A DNA stretch of 64,000 nucleotides, taken from assembly GCA_016927935.1 (NCBI GenBank), contig JAFGLS010000051.1:37992-101991 (forward strand), read 5' to 3'. How positions within the stretch are numbered: the stretch's first letter is position 1; every line of letters begins with the position of its first letter. Below are positions 51,095-59,108 of the stretch, one piece after another. Origin of the DNA: Syntrophaceae bacterium. GTDB taxonomy: Bacteria > Desulfobacterota > Syntrophia > Syntrophales > Smithellaceae. Below the pieces are notes generated by a model. The model saw only the letters and a program-made list of their open reading frames with translations. It was not told the DNA's origin and did no database searches. Made by a program: the position numbers and the translations under genes.

Positions 51095-51928
51095 TTATCG
51101 TATCGCACTGAGGATATTGATTTCCTTTGGCACAGGCAGATCTTTGGGGCGTGGCCGGAAGTATTTCATTTCAGCCTCGGTGTGTGTTAGAAACTCCACT
51201 TTGGAAAATCCCAAACCATAGAGTTTGGCTTCGATTTCCTCCGGCTCAAAATAACTTATCCACGGTTCTCCAATGTCCGCGACGCTTTGGGTCATTATTG
51301 AAGGACAGTCACCCGGCGGCCGCACAAATGTAAGGATGATCTCACTTCCTACCGGAAACATGGCAACGGAGTAAAGCACGGCATTAATGGCCTCTTCTTT
51401 CAGATATATCATCACACCCAGCCAGGAGAAAAAAGCCGGTTTGTTTATGGAAACATTATATCTGAGCAGGCCTTCATGCAGCGATTCATGTTTGAAGTCA
51501 ATATCGACAAATGAAACGTTTTTCGGCACTGCAAGCCCTGCCGCGTCTATGTAAGAGCGTTTCGGTGATTGAGAGCCCAGGTGATCAACTTCCACAATCT
51601 TCAATTCCTTGGCCCATGAAGGCTGCCTCAGCGCGAACGTATCGAAACCGGCGCCGAGAATTATATATTGCCTGACTCCACGTGAAAATGCGGCTGCCAG
51701 CCTGTCTTCCGTGAATCTTGCACGTAGAATCAGCCGGGTGCGCAATTCAATAATTTCAGGATTTTGATAATGATCTGTCATGTCTTGAATATTTTTTGAT
51801 GCTTCAGGACCCAGAAGCTTCAGGCCGACCGGATCATCGAAAATCAGAGGCTTTGTTTCCAGTAACTGATGAGCAGCCCGCATGTACGCCGTTGCCAAAG
51901 CCGTAATGCTTGCTTTATTGTGAGACAT
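51095..51928 (-). CDS. Class I SAM-dependent methyltransferase (leucine carboxyl/O-methyltransferase family)
   Basis: 277 aa with TALATAYMRA..., the SAM motif YIILGAGFDTFALR and WISYF near the C-terminus. Confidence 0.8.
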   Translation of the reverse strand: MSHNKASITALATAYMRAAHQLLETKPLIFDDPVGLKLLGPEASKNIQDMTDHYQNPEIIELRTRLILRARFTEDRLAAAFSRGVRQYIILGAGFDTFALRQPSWAKELKIVEVDHLGSQSPKRSYIDAAGLAVPKNVSFVDIDFKHESLHEGLLRYNVSINKPAFFSWLGVMIYLKEEAINAVLYSVAMFPVGSEIILTFVRPPGDCPSIMTQSVADIGEPWISYFEPEEIEAKLYGLGFSKVEFLTHTEAEMKYFRPRPKDLPVPKEINILSAIR

Positions 51929-51940
51929 TGTTAATTTCCT

Positions 51941-52639
51941 TTAATGAATCCATGCCGGCAATTCGCCAAGCGCCGTTGATTCTTTTAGATAAATGATATT
52001 ATGCAGAAAAACAAGCCTTTGTATTTGTTTCAGCAGTATTTGCGGGGAATATTTTTCGAAATCTTTTGTGGATAATGAAATGCATGCGCTGACATAATCC
52101 CACATGTGCCTGATGACGTTTCTAAGGTTTCCTTCAGCAGGTGGACAGCGAAGCAATGAGATCAACTCAGGATAAATATCATTTATTCCCTTGCCGCTTT
52201 TTCGGGAGGCAACCCATCCGCCGATGTATTTATATTCGGCAATATCACGCGCCATCACGGAATATTTATGCTGCGCCCATAACTGCTGAACATTTTTGGT
52301 AAGCGGTATGCGACCTTGTTCTTTGTTTTTATATTTGCCAGCAAGGATTGTCATTTGCGCGGCAGGCGGATCAACAAAAACTTGAGGCCATTTCTTATGC
52401 TGAGTCTTAATTTTTACAGGAGAGTGATCCTTGAAGCCTCTGAGATTCATTTCCGCCACTAATAATCTGTGGCGCTGACTCAGAGCCCAGCCAAAGTCAT
52501 GCCAGCGCAGTGTTTCCGGATGTCGTGAGTAGCCCTTTTTTTTGTGCTTGATAATGGAAACGATTGCGTGCAACTCGCGGTGTTCACCCAGAAGGCTTTG
52601 CCGGTTCAGATAACCGGGATTTACGTCCCATACTCTCAC
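51941..52639 (-). CDS. Pyrimidine-dimer DNA glycosylase-like (endonuclease V/Pyr_excise) fused to a DUF1722-like domain
   Basis: 232 aa. The N-terminus MRVWDVNPGYLNRQSLLGEHRELHAI...KKGYSRHPETLRW fits the Pyr_excise pattern. The C-terminal LWAQHKYSVMARDIAEYKYIGGWVA...GNLRNVIRHMWDY resembles DUF1722 (YbgA-type). Confidence 0.7.
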   Translation of the reverse strand: MRVWDVNPGYLNRQSLLGEHRELHAIVSIIKHKKKGYSRHPETLRWHDFGWALSQRHRLLVAEMNLRGFKDHSPVKIKTQHKKWPQVFVDPPAAQMTILAGKYKNKEQGRIPLTKNVQQLWAQHKYSVMARDIAEYKYIGGWVASRKSGKGINDIYPELISLLRCPPAEGNLRNVIRHMWDYVSACISLSTKDFEKYSPQILLKQIQRLVFLHNIIYLKESTALGELPAWIH

Positions 52640-52652
52640 ATTTGTTTCCCCA

Positions 52653-52747
52653 TGTCATTTCGATGCGAAGCGAGAAATCCATGTCCCGAGTGCAACGAGG
52701 GATCTTTCAAGATTCCTCATCTCGACACGTCGGGATTCGGAATGGCA
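52653..52747. repeat. Family-B MITE-like element, copy B2
   Basis: The ends are TGTCATTTCGAtgcgaagCGAGAAATCC ... GATTCCTCATCTCGACACGTCGGGATTCGGAATGGCA. Its right half is the reverse complement of the left half of B1. Confidence 0.7.
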
Positions 52748-52974
52748 GCTTTTGCTATTGTAACATTGCTTCGATATCATCTTTGATTTAGAAATGGTAA
52801 AATTCCTAACTACTGGTTCAAGCTTGTAGCTTGAACCACAATATTTAATCTTTGGGTATGTATAACAGAATATAATGGCGGATTCAATTTTGCAGATTGA
52901 ATCAGAAGTTTAATCATCGGCTAGGAAATAAACGGTTAAATCAGGATGATAAAACCAACAGGATTATGTTGAAA

Positions 52975-53009
52975 GATTTCTCCCCGACATTTGTCGGGTC
53001 GAAATGACA
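52975..53009. repeat. Family-B single hairpin unit, copy B5
   Basis: GATTTCTCCCCGACATTTGTCGGGTCGAAATGACA. Confidence 0.6.
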
Positions 53010-53022
53010 ATTAATGTGGTGA

Positions 53023-53115
53023 TTAACTAAGGATTGTTTTTATTTTGACCACTCTTATTTGCCGGGCTTCGTCAGCGTTAGATTTCAGGACATGCGCGAT
53101 AATATCGGCAGATCT
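53023..53115 (-). pseudogene. Remnant copy (C3) of the 3-prime end of the radical SAM gene
   Basis: The minus strand translates to RSADIIAHVLKSNADEARQIRVVKIKTILS*. The intact gene end at 54300 reads RPSDIITHILKSDTDESRQIKIVKTKNILK*. Nucleotide similarity is obvious over ~90 nt. Confidence 0.8.
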
Positions 53116-53132
53116 CGATCTCGTGAAGCGGT

Positions 53133-53405
53133 TTATCCTGTCTTTATTTTTATATCACCTTCTATATAACGGTGAATGATGCCGGAAATAAGGGTTTGGT
53201 ATGGAATGCCCATCTCCATAGCTTTCTTTTGAATACCGATAAAATCATGGTCGTACAGACGAATTGTTATTCGCTTGTCCTTTTTTAGCGTATTATTTGC
53301 CGCTGCCTTTATCGATTCGATTTCTTTTTTTGATGGAGAAGAAAGCTTCATTGCGCCCTTTTCCAACGAATCAAGAATACCTTTTTCTTCTTTATCGTAT
53401 TTCAT
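53133..53405 (-). CDS. CopG/RHH-type antitoxin (BrnA-like), orphan
   Basis: ~90 aa from ATG 53405 (AGGAGAG RBS). KEEKGILDSLEKG...KDKRITIRLYDHDFIGIQKKAMEMGIPYQTLISGIIHRYI is a typical RHH antitoxin pattern. No adjacent toxin ORF. Confidence 0.75.
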   Translation of the reverse strand: MKYDKEEKGILDSLEKGAMKLSSPSKKEIESIKAAANNTLKKDKRITIRLYDHDFIGIQKKAMEMGIPYQTLISGIIHRYIEGDIKIKTG

Positions 53406-53447
53406 TTTTACTCTCCTGTTCTTCTTTATACATCTTTGTTGCATAGA

Positions 53448-53522
53448 TCAACCAAGCAAAGTTTTTGTTTTGACCACTCTAATTTGACGGGATTCATCGG
53501 TGCCGGATTTTCGAATGTGTTT
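53448..53522 (-). pseudogene. Remnant copy (C2) of the 3-prime end of the radical SAM gene
   Basis: The minus strand translates to HIRKSGTDESRQIRVVKTKTLLG*, versus HILKSDTDESRQIKIVKTKNILK* in the intact gene. It starts immediately after the hicA stop. Confidence 0.8.
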
Positions 53523-53528
53523 GTTGGA

Positions 53529-53753
53529 TTATTTATAAATTAAAAACTCTTCAATTGTCAGACGGATATCTTTGGCAATTTGTCTCAGTAAAATAGGAGA
53601 AATGTCACGGCCTTGATGAATAGGAACTGTGGTAAATCTTCCATCTGAATGACGGAATTGTTTATGAGAGCCTCTCTGGCGAACTTCCTGGAATCCCAAT
53701 TTTTCAAGGATTTTTATGACTTCATTTGGTTTTAGTATGGGGATATTTCCCAT
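53529..53753 (-). CDS. hicA: HicA mRNA interferase toxin
   Basis: 74 aa, LEKLGFQEVRQRGSHKQFRHSDGRFTTVPIHQGRDISPILLRQIAKDI, the HicA/YcfA signature. Confidence 0.9.
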   Translation of the reverse strand: MGNIPILKPNEVIKILEKLGFQEVRQRGSHKQFRHSDGRFTTVPIHQGRDISPILLRQIAKDIRLTIEEFLIYK

Positions 53754-53754
53754 A

Positions 53755-53964
53755 TTAATTTACCATAACTGTTTGCGTACCGACAAATTCTGCTTCCATT
53801 TCAGGTTCTCCGTCCTCTAATAACATTTTCAAAACTTCATGAAGATTTTTTTGTAACTCATCCAACGTTTCAGCTTGAGAATGAGCTCCGGGAAAACCTG
53901 GGACAAATCCAACATATAAACCGGTATCGGAACATTTTTCAATTACAGCGGTATATAGTTTCAT
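53755..53964 (-). CDS. hicB: HicB-family antitoxin (short, UPF0150 fold only)
   Basis: 69 aa, YTAVIEKCSDTGLYVGFVPGFPGAHSQAETLDELQKNLHEVL. Separated from hicA by 1 nt. Confidence 0.85.
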   Translation of the reverse strand: MKLYTAVIEKCSDTGLYVGFVPGFPGAHSQAETLDELQKNLHEVLKMLLEDGEPEMEAEFVGTQTVMVN

Positions 53965-54162
53965 AATTAAACCTCTTTGAGTGTTTTAATAATTTTTTGT
54001 TAGAATGTATCATAAATAAGTAATTTTATCACCATTTTTCAGCCTACAATAAAGATACGTAATATTTGACATAAACGGTTTTCAAAAATTTCCTCAGTAT
54101 TTTGTACGATGATATTCGATGCAAATCAAATATTTATTAAGATGTTTTAAAAATTATTTTCA

Positions 54163-54252
54163 TGTCATTTCGGTGAGTCCCAAATTGTCGGGACGACGAG
54201 AAATCTTAAAAAGTATATGCATTAAGACTTCTCCCTATCGGTCGAAGTGACA
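54163..54252. repeat. Family-B MITE-like element, copy B3
   Basis: The ends are TGTCATTTCGG ... TCGAAGTGACA. The interior holds the hairpin TCCCAAATTGTCGGGA and CGAGAAATCTTAA. Confidence 0.7.
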
Positions 54253-54299
54253 TACCGGATAGTCAAAGTGAAAATTTCAAGGGTTTATTTTAAAGAGTA

Positions 54300-56780
54300 T
54301 TATTTTAAGATATTTTTTGTTTTGACTATTTTTATTTGTCGGGATTCGTCTGTGTCGGATTTCAGAATGTGCGTGATGATGTCGGAAGGTCTCGCCGAGC
54401 CTTCTTGAACATACGATACGGTGAAATGGATTTTTTTACCGGTGCTGTCCAGTGTTAGATTCTTTACAAAAGGACGGATATCTTTTGTAACAGTTTTTCC
54501 TTTGGATATTTTTTGAATATTGAAGACCGGAGAGGCAAGAAAATTTTTGATATTATCTTTCATGGTTTTCAGGCGGTAAGAATCAATAGTGGCAGGCAGT
54601 TGCAGTTCGTATTCAAACCCCTGTGTCGCTTGAGCGATAGCTTTTTCTCCTTGTTCAAGTTTTCTGATTTCCAGAATTTTAATACCTCCAGGCAGGGCGA
54701 AATTGATTTCGCTTTTTAATGAACTTAAATTTGACAAATATTCCCGAGCGTTAACATCAACATATTCCTGCCTGCTTTCCATCCCCACGGAGGTGGCTGT
54801 GGCAAAGGATATTTTAGGATGAGGATGAAAGCCTGCGGTATAGGCAAGCTTTATAGTGCTGCGGCGCAAGGCGCGAATAAGAGCCGCGGAGAGCTCTAGA
54901 TGGGATAGAAATCGGGCACGTTCCAATTTGTTGAAGGTTATACGGTATTTTGTTTCCTTAGTTAAAGCTGTATCAGGAGGCGATGATAATGATAGGTCCG
55001 AATTAATTCCTTCTTTTTCCGCGAGGATATTTTTTGTTGCAGAGGAGTCGCATACCCCGCAGTTTTGGCAAACATCAAAACGGCAATCTTGTGTTGCAAT
55101 CTTTTCTGTTGATTTTTGTCTTTCCTGGAGCAGGAACTCGCGGTTCACGCCGCAGTCAATATTATCCCACGGCAATTTTTCGTTGATATCGCGTTCGCGT
55201 AGATATTCTTCAGGATTAATTCCGGACTCCGCAAGTGCTTCCTCCCAGAGGTCGAAACGCAAAATCTCAGACCAGCCGTCGAAGCGGCAGCCCTTGCGAA
55301 AGGCCGATTCCAGGAGTCTTCCCGTTGTTTCATCTCCGCGCGAAAATATTCCTTCCAGAAAACTCATCTGCGCGTCATGCCATTTCACGTTTAGATTGCG
55401 GTGTCTTATTTTCTGACGGATAAATTTTTGTGCCTCAAAAGTTTCTTCCATGGAAATCTGTTTCTCCCACTGGAATGGCGTATGCGGTTTGGGAACAAAG
55501 GTGGAAAGATTTATAGTAACCTGACCACGATTTTTTGCCGCTCGCAGAGTTTCGTAAGCCAACTCAACAATTCCTTCCCAATCCTCTTTAGTTTCGTAAG
55601 GCAGGCCCAGCATGAAATAAAGTTTGACAGATTTCCAGCTCGCAGAAAATATTTTGTCCACAGTGGAAAGCAAGTCTTCTGTGGTGTTGCCCTTGTTGAT
55701 AATCATGCGCATTTTATCCGTTCCCGCTTCAGGCGCGAGAGTAAAACTGGTTTTGCGTATGCGCTTGATTTCTTCCATTAAGGTTTCGTTGAGAGATTCC
55801 ACGCGCAGGGAGGGGAGAGCCAGCGCGATCCGCTTTTGATAGTAGCGGTTCATCAGGTTTTTCACGAGGGGTTCAATGCAAGAGTAATCACCGGAGCTGA
55901 GTGATAAAAGCGAAATTTCTTCATGGCCTGTTGCCGCAAGCATTTTGTCGGCCATTTCCATAAGCAAAGAAATATTGCGTTCACGGTAAGGTCGCCAGAG
56001 CATTCCCGCCTGACAGAATCTACAACCGCGAGTGCAACCGCGCGCTATTTCCAAAGTGATACGGTCGTGAATTGCCTGCGTCAGCGGAACAACCGGTTTG
56101 GCTGGATAATTCCATAAGTTCAAATCAATGACATTTCTTTTTTTTATGATTTGATTTTTTACATGAACAGCGGGAGCATAAATACCGGGAATTTTCGCCA
56201 GTTCATTTATTAAATTTTTCCGGGAAAGAGAGTTCTTTTTGCCCGCGCGAATTGTTGTTGTGATTTCTCTCACGACTTCTTCGCTCTCGCCGATGACAAA
56301 GGCATCAATAAAATCGGCAAGCGGCGACGGATTAAAACAACACGGTCCGCCTGCTATGATTAGCGGATGGCCGTCTTTGCGCTTCGTATGATAAAGCGGT
56401 ATACCTCCCAAATCCAGCATGTTCAATACATTGGTGTAGGAGAGTTCATACTGCAAAGAAAATCCGACAACATCGAAATCTGCCATTGACATTTGTGATT
56501 CAAGGGACGTTAAAGGTATTTTTTTCCCGCGTAATTGTTTTTCCCTGTCCGGCCAGGGCGCAAAGCATCTTTCGGCTGACACATAAGGGATTTCGTTTAA
56601 GATAGAATATAAAATCTGCAGGCCCAGATGCGACATGCCGACTTCGTATGTGTCGGGAAAAGCCAGCAAAAAGCGGACTCCGGCTTTGTCTTTATGAATG
56701 GTGTTTACTTCAGTTCCGATATAGCGGCTGGGTTTTTCAGCACCGGGTAAGAGTTCATCAAAATTAAAATTGTTTATCAT
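54300..56780 (-). CDS. Radical SAM protein, large fusion type (B12-binding-like N-terminus, radical SAM core, DUF2344-like C-terminus)
   Basis: 826 aa with the CxxxCxxC cluster CTRGCRFCQAG. The architecture resembles the TIGR03960 + TIGR03936 fusion; this assignment is from memory and unverified. Confidence 0.85.
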   Translation of the reverse strand: MINNFNFDELLPGAEKPSRYIGTEVNTIHKDKAGVRFLLAFPDTYEVGMSHLGLQILYSILNEIPYVSAERCFAPWPDREKQLRGKKIPLTSLESQMSMADFDVVGFSLQYELSYTNVLNMLDLGGIPLYHTKRKDGHPLIIAGGPCCFNPSPLADFIDAFVIGESEEVVREITTTIRAGKKNSLSRKNLINELAKIPGIYAPAVHVKNQIIKKRNVIDLNLWNYPAKPVVPLTQAIHDRITLEIARGCTRGCRFCQAGMLWRPYRERNISLLMEMADKMLAATGHEEISLLSLSSGDYSCIEPLVKNLMNRYYQKRIALALPSLRVESLNETLMEEIKRIRKTSFTLAPEAGTDKMRMIINKGNTTEDLLSTVDKIFSASWKSVKLYFMLGLPYETKEDWEGIVELAYETLRAAKNRGQVTINLSTFVPKPHTPFQWEKQISMEETFEAQKFIRQKIRHRNLNVKWHDAQMSFLEGIFSRGDETTGRLLESAFRKGCRFDGWSEILRFDLWEEALAESGINPEEYLRERDINEKLPWDNIDCGVNREFLLQERQKSTEKIATQDCRFDVCQNCGVCDSSATKNILAEKEGINSDLSLSSPPDTALTKETKYRITFNKLERARFLSHLELSAALIRALRRSTIKLAYTAGFHPHPKISFATATSVGMESRQEYVDVNAREYLSNLSSLKSEINFALPGGIKILEIRKLEQGEKAIAQATQGFEYELQLPATIDSYRLKTMKDNIKNFLASPVFNIQKISKGKTVTKDIRPFVKNLTLDSTGKKIHFTVSYVQEGSARPSDIITHILKSDTDESRQIKIVKTKNILK

Positions 56781-56810
56781 TCTTTTCCTGTTTGTGACAA
56801 AAACATGGTT

Positions 56811-57284
56811 CTATGATTGTTTGTCGGGATTCGCGCGGCATTGATATTTGTAGGGATTATTTTTTATGTTTCTGAGCGCGGATAACGCCATCTTTTTTGG
56901 AAAATTAACGGAAGAAAGATAGCCGAGAGAATTATTTTTAAATGTGTTGATTAAATCATTGCGGGTCGAATCTTCATTTTCTTTGGGAACAAAAGATCGC
57001 TTCAACTTATGCTCATAGGTAAGCTGATTGCCCATGATATTTTTCACCTGAATGTAATCCTGATTCTTCTGGAAAAAAGATTTTTTTAAAGGAATTTTTG
57101 TCTTAAAAGAAAGTTCTACCTTTACGGTATCTAAGGCAATGGAACGGGATAAATCATAGATCTTTAGTTTTAGCCCGTTATCCAGTTTTATTTCTTCAAT
57201 CAGTTTCATTTGTGTTCCACGAATTGTTTTTTTGTTGTCGTTGGCGAGTTTCTTAACATTTTTGAGCTTGACCTGCAACGCCAA
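56811..57284 (-). CDS. Hypothetical protein upstream of the radical SAM gene
   Basis: ~130-157 aa depending on the start (TTG 57278 after an AGGAGG RBS, or ATG 57209). Lys/Asn-rich, no family recognised. 30-nt gap to the radical SAM gene. Confidence 0.5.
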   Translation of the reverse strand: MALQVKLKNVKKLANDNKKTIRGTQMKLIEEIKLDNGLKLKIYDLSRSIALDTVKVELSFKTKIPLKKSFFQKNQDYIQVKNIMGNQLTYEHKLKRSFVPKENEDSTRNDLINTFKNNSLGYLSSVNFPKKMALSALRNIKNNPYKYQCRANPDKQS

Positions 57285-57338
57285 TCCTCCTATAAGTGTC
57301 CAATCTAGTGAAGTGTTTCTAATAGATCTTTACAATAA

Positions 57339-57414
57339 TGTCATTTCGAACGGAGCGAGAAATCTTAATAAACTCAATATAAAGTAAAGATATCTCCCGT
57401 TGGTCGATATGACA
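57339..57414. repeat. Family-B MITE-like element, copy B4
   Basis: TGTCATTTCGAacggagCGAGAAATCTTAA ... TCGATATGACA. Confidence 0.7.
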
Positions 57415-57564
57415 AGTTTTTATTATAACAATACACTAGAGCGTAAAGTAATTTATTGAAAAACTGGATTTCAGATCAACTCCGTGATTACGAAAACGGC
57501 GGTTTACGATCTTTTACAGGTTTATCAAACTCAATTTCAATAAAAGAAACCGGGTAATCGATAA

Positions 57565-58380
57565 GTGTCCAACTCCAATATGATAGTCCTTTGCCAGCCG
57601 GATAAGAAAAAATCCTGCGGAGCATGCTGCGGTCTTTACAATTACGCAGATAGTTCCCGCTCTTCTCTGGTGCGGCGATTGCACGAGCGCACAAAACGTT
57701 TCCATCAGATGGTAAAAAAGCAGGGTGATGTTGGAATATATGCAAAAGAAACTCTGGCTGTTGAGGATTTTACGAAGAGATATGAAGTAATACATTGTTG
57801 CGAATTTCTGGGTTTTCTGGATAAAGAAGAAAGGAAAGTCGGTTGTCTTTTGCATCCTGAGCAGAATTCCGGCATTGATTTACGCGACCGTTCATTTTAC
57901 GGGCAGGAATTGTGCGCGGGCCATCTTTGCCCCAGCCATTATTTTGTTTCGCAGTCCCAATCACAAATTCTGATAAAAATAATTGACGACTGGTATCTCT
58001 ACGGCCTCGTTCTGACAGATATTGATCTGGTCACCAAATATTTTCAGCTCATTGCTGATAGAATCGGGGCAGAGCTGAAACCGGAAGTGTTCGATAAAGA
58101 ATCTTTAAAAAATATCGCTCTGGAGTATTTTAGATGGAAAATCGACTGGCCTTTTCGCTCTTCGGATACCAACCGTCTGGGTAAATATTATTTTGACGGG
58201 TCGCAGTATATGATCAGTCATATTGATTATGAGAAATGGGGGAGGGAAATATCACCACTGAACTCGATTTTGTTGAGTCTTTGTTCTTATTTTAAGGATG
58301 CGGAAGAACTTAATGCGGCGGAAGAAATGATCTGGTCAAATATTGAAAGATTAGTTTCCACATATGCCGGTGGAATTTAA
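57565..58380 (+). CDS. Cys-rich hypothetical protein (possible YkgJ/CxxCxxCC-type metal-cluster protein)
   Basis: 271 aa with SCGACCGLYN near the N-terminus, then HCCEFLGF...VGCLLHP and CAGHLCPSH. The start is uncertain (GTG 57565 or ATG 57580). Confidence 0.6.
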   Translation: MSNSNMIVLCQPDKKKSCGACCGLYNYADSSRSSLVRRLHERTKRFHQMVKKQGDVGIYAKETLAVEDFTKRYEVIHCCEFLGFLDKEERKVGCLLHPEQNSGIDLRDRSFYGQELCAGHLCPSHYFVSQSQSQILIKIIDDWYLYGLVLTDIDLVTKYFQLIADRIGAELKPEVFDKESLKNIALEYFRWKIDWPFRSSDTNRLGKYYFDGSQYMISHIDYEKWGREISPLNSILLSLCSYFKDAEELNAAEEMIWSNIERLVSTYAGGI

Positions 58381-58417
58381 TTTTTATTGACAATAATATG
58401 GTTACTTTGGATACTTA

Positions 58418-58530
58418 AACCTACCCCGTTAGAAAGTCTTCTACTTTCAACGGGGTAGGTTCACACGGGGCATTAAAACCAGTGTAAGCTGAAAAAGCCA
58501 CTGCAAGCAGCGGGACTTTCTAACGGGGTA
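58418..58530 (+). repeat. Inverted-repeat element or possible leader upstream of hpt
   Basis: A 19-bp near-perfect hairpin spans 58418-58461. A third arm copy at 58514-58530 is perfectly complementary over 17 nt to 58422-58438. A TTGACA-N17-GATACT promoter candidate lies at 58387-58415. Confidence 0.6.
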
Positions 58531-58567
58531 AATTTCAAGCAATTAGATTTTGATTGAAAAGGCTTTT

Positions 58568-59092
58568 ATGGGCAAAATATCCAAAAAAATTCTTTTTTCC
58601 CGGGACGCAATTCAAAAGCGTGTGCGGGAGCTGGCCTATCAGATATCAAAGGATTACGCCGGACGCGAATTGATAATTATCGGTGTTCTTAAAGGCGCGT
58701 TTATTTTAATGGCTGATTTGATTCGCGAGATGAGCATTCCCTGCAAGGTGGATTTTGCCGGACTGGCGAGTTACGGTGCCGGTTCCGAGAGTTCCGGCAA
58801 GGTTGTGATGACCAAGGATATTGAGACTTCCATTAAAGAAAAGGATATATTGGTTGTCGAAGACATACTTGACACAGGCCTTACGATGCAATATTTTGTT
58901 GACAGGCTGAAGGAGAGAAATCCTAAATCTCTCAAGACATGTATTTTTTTGGTAAAGCGCAAAAAAAGAAAAGTTAATTTTAAGGCTGACTACGTGGGCT
59001 TCAACATTGATAATTGTTTTGTTGTCGGTTACGGATTGGATTTTAATGAAAAGTACCGGTTTTTACCTCACATTTATGTTATCAAAAAGTGA
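58568..59092 (+). CDS. hpt: Hypoxanthine phosphoribosyltransferase
   Basis: ~174 aa with the PRPP-binding motif ILVVEDILDTGLT and a typical Hpt N-terminus (LFSRDAIQKRVRELA). The ORF track starts at TTG 58550. Confidence 0.92.
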   Translation: MGKISKKILFSRDAIQKRVRELAYQISKDYAGRELIIIGVLKGAFILMADLIREMSIPCKVDFAGLASYGAGSESSGKVVMTKDIETSIKEKDILVVEDILDTGLTMQYFVDRLKERNPKSLKTCIFLVKRKKRKVNFKADYVGFNIDNCFVVGYGLDFNEKYRFLPHIYVIKK

Positions 59093-59108
59093 CAAGAGAG
59101 GTTTGTAA

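Noticed and set aside
52544-52791. Two overlapping 75-80-aa plus-strand ORFs upstream of the glycosylase-like gene.
   Set aside because: They are built from the 5-prime end of the opposite-strand gene plus the family-B repeat. The same repeat-derived peptides would arise at every copy.
50194-54299. Whether the accessory stretch next to the radical SAM gene is a classical integrase-bearing genomic island or prophage remnant.
   Set aside because: No integrase, transposase, phage structural or replication genes are present. Only the TA-type cassettes show insertion footprints, and those are reported separately.
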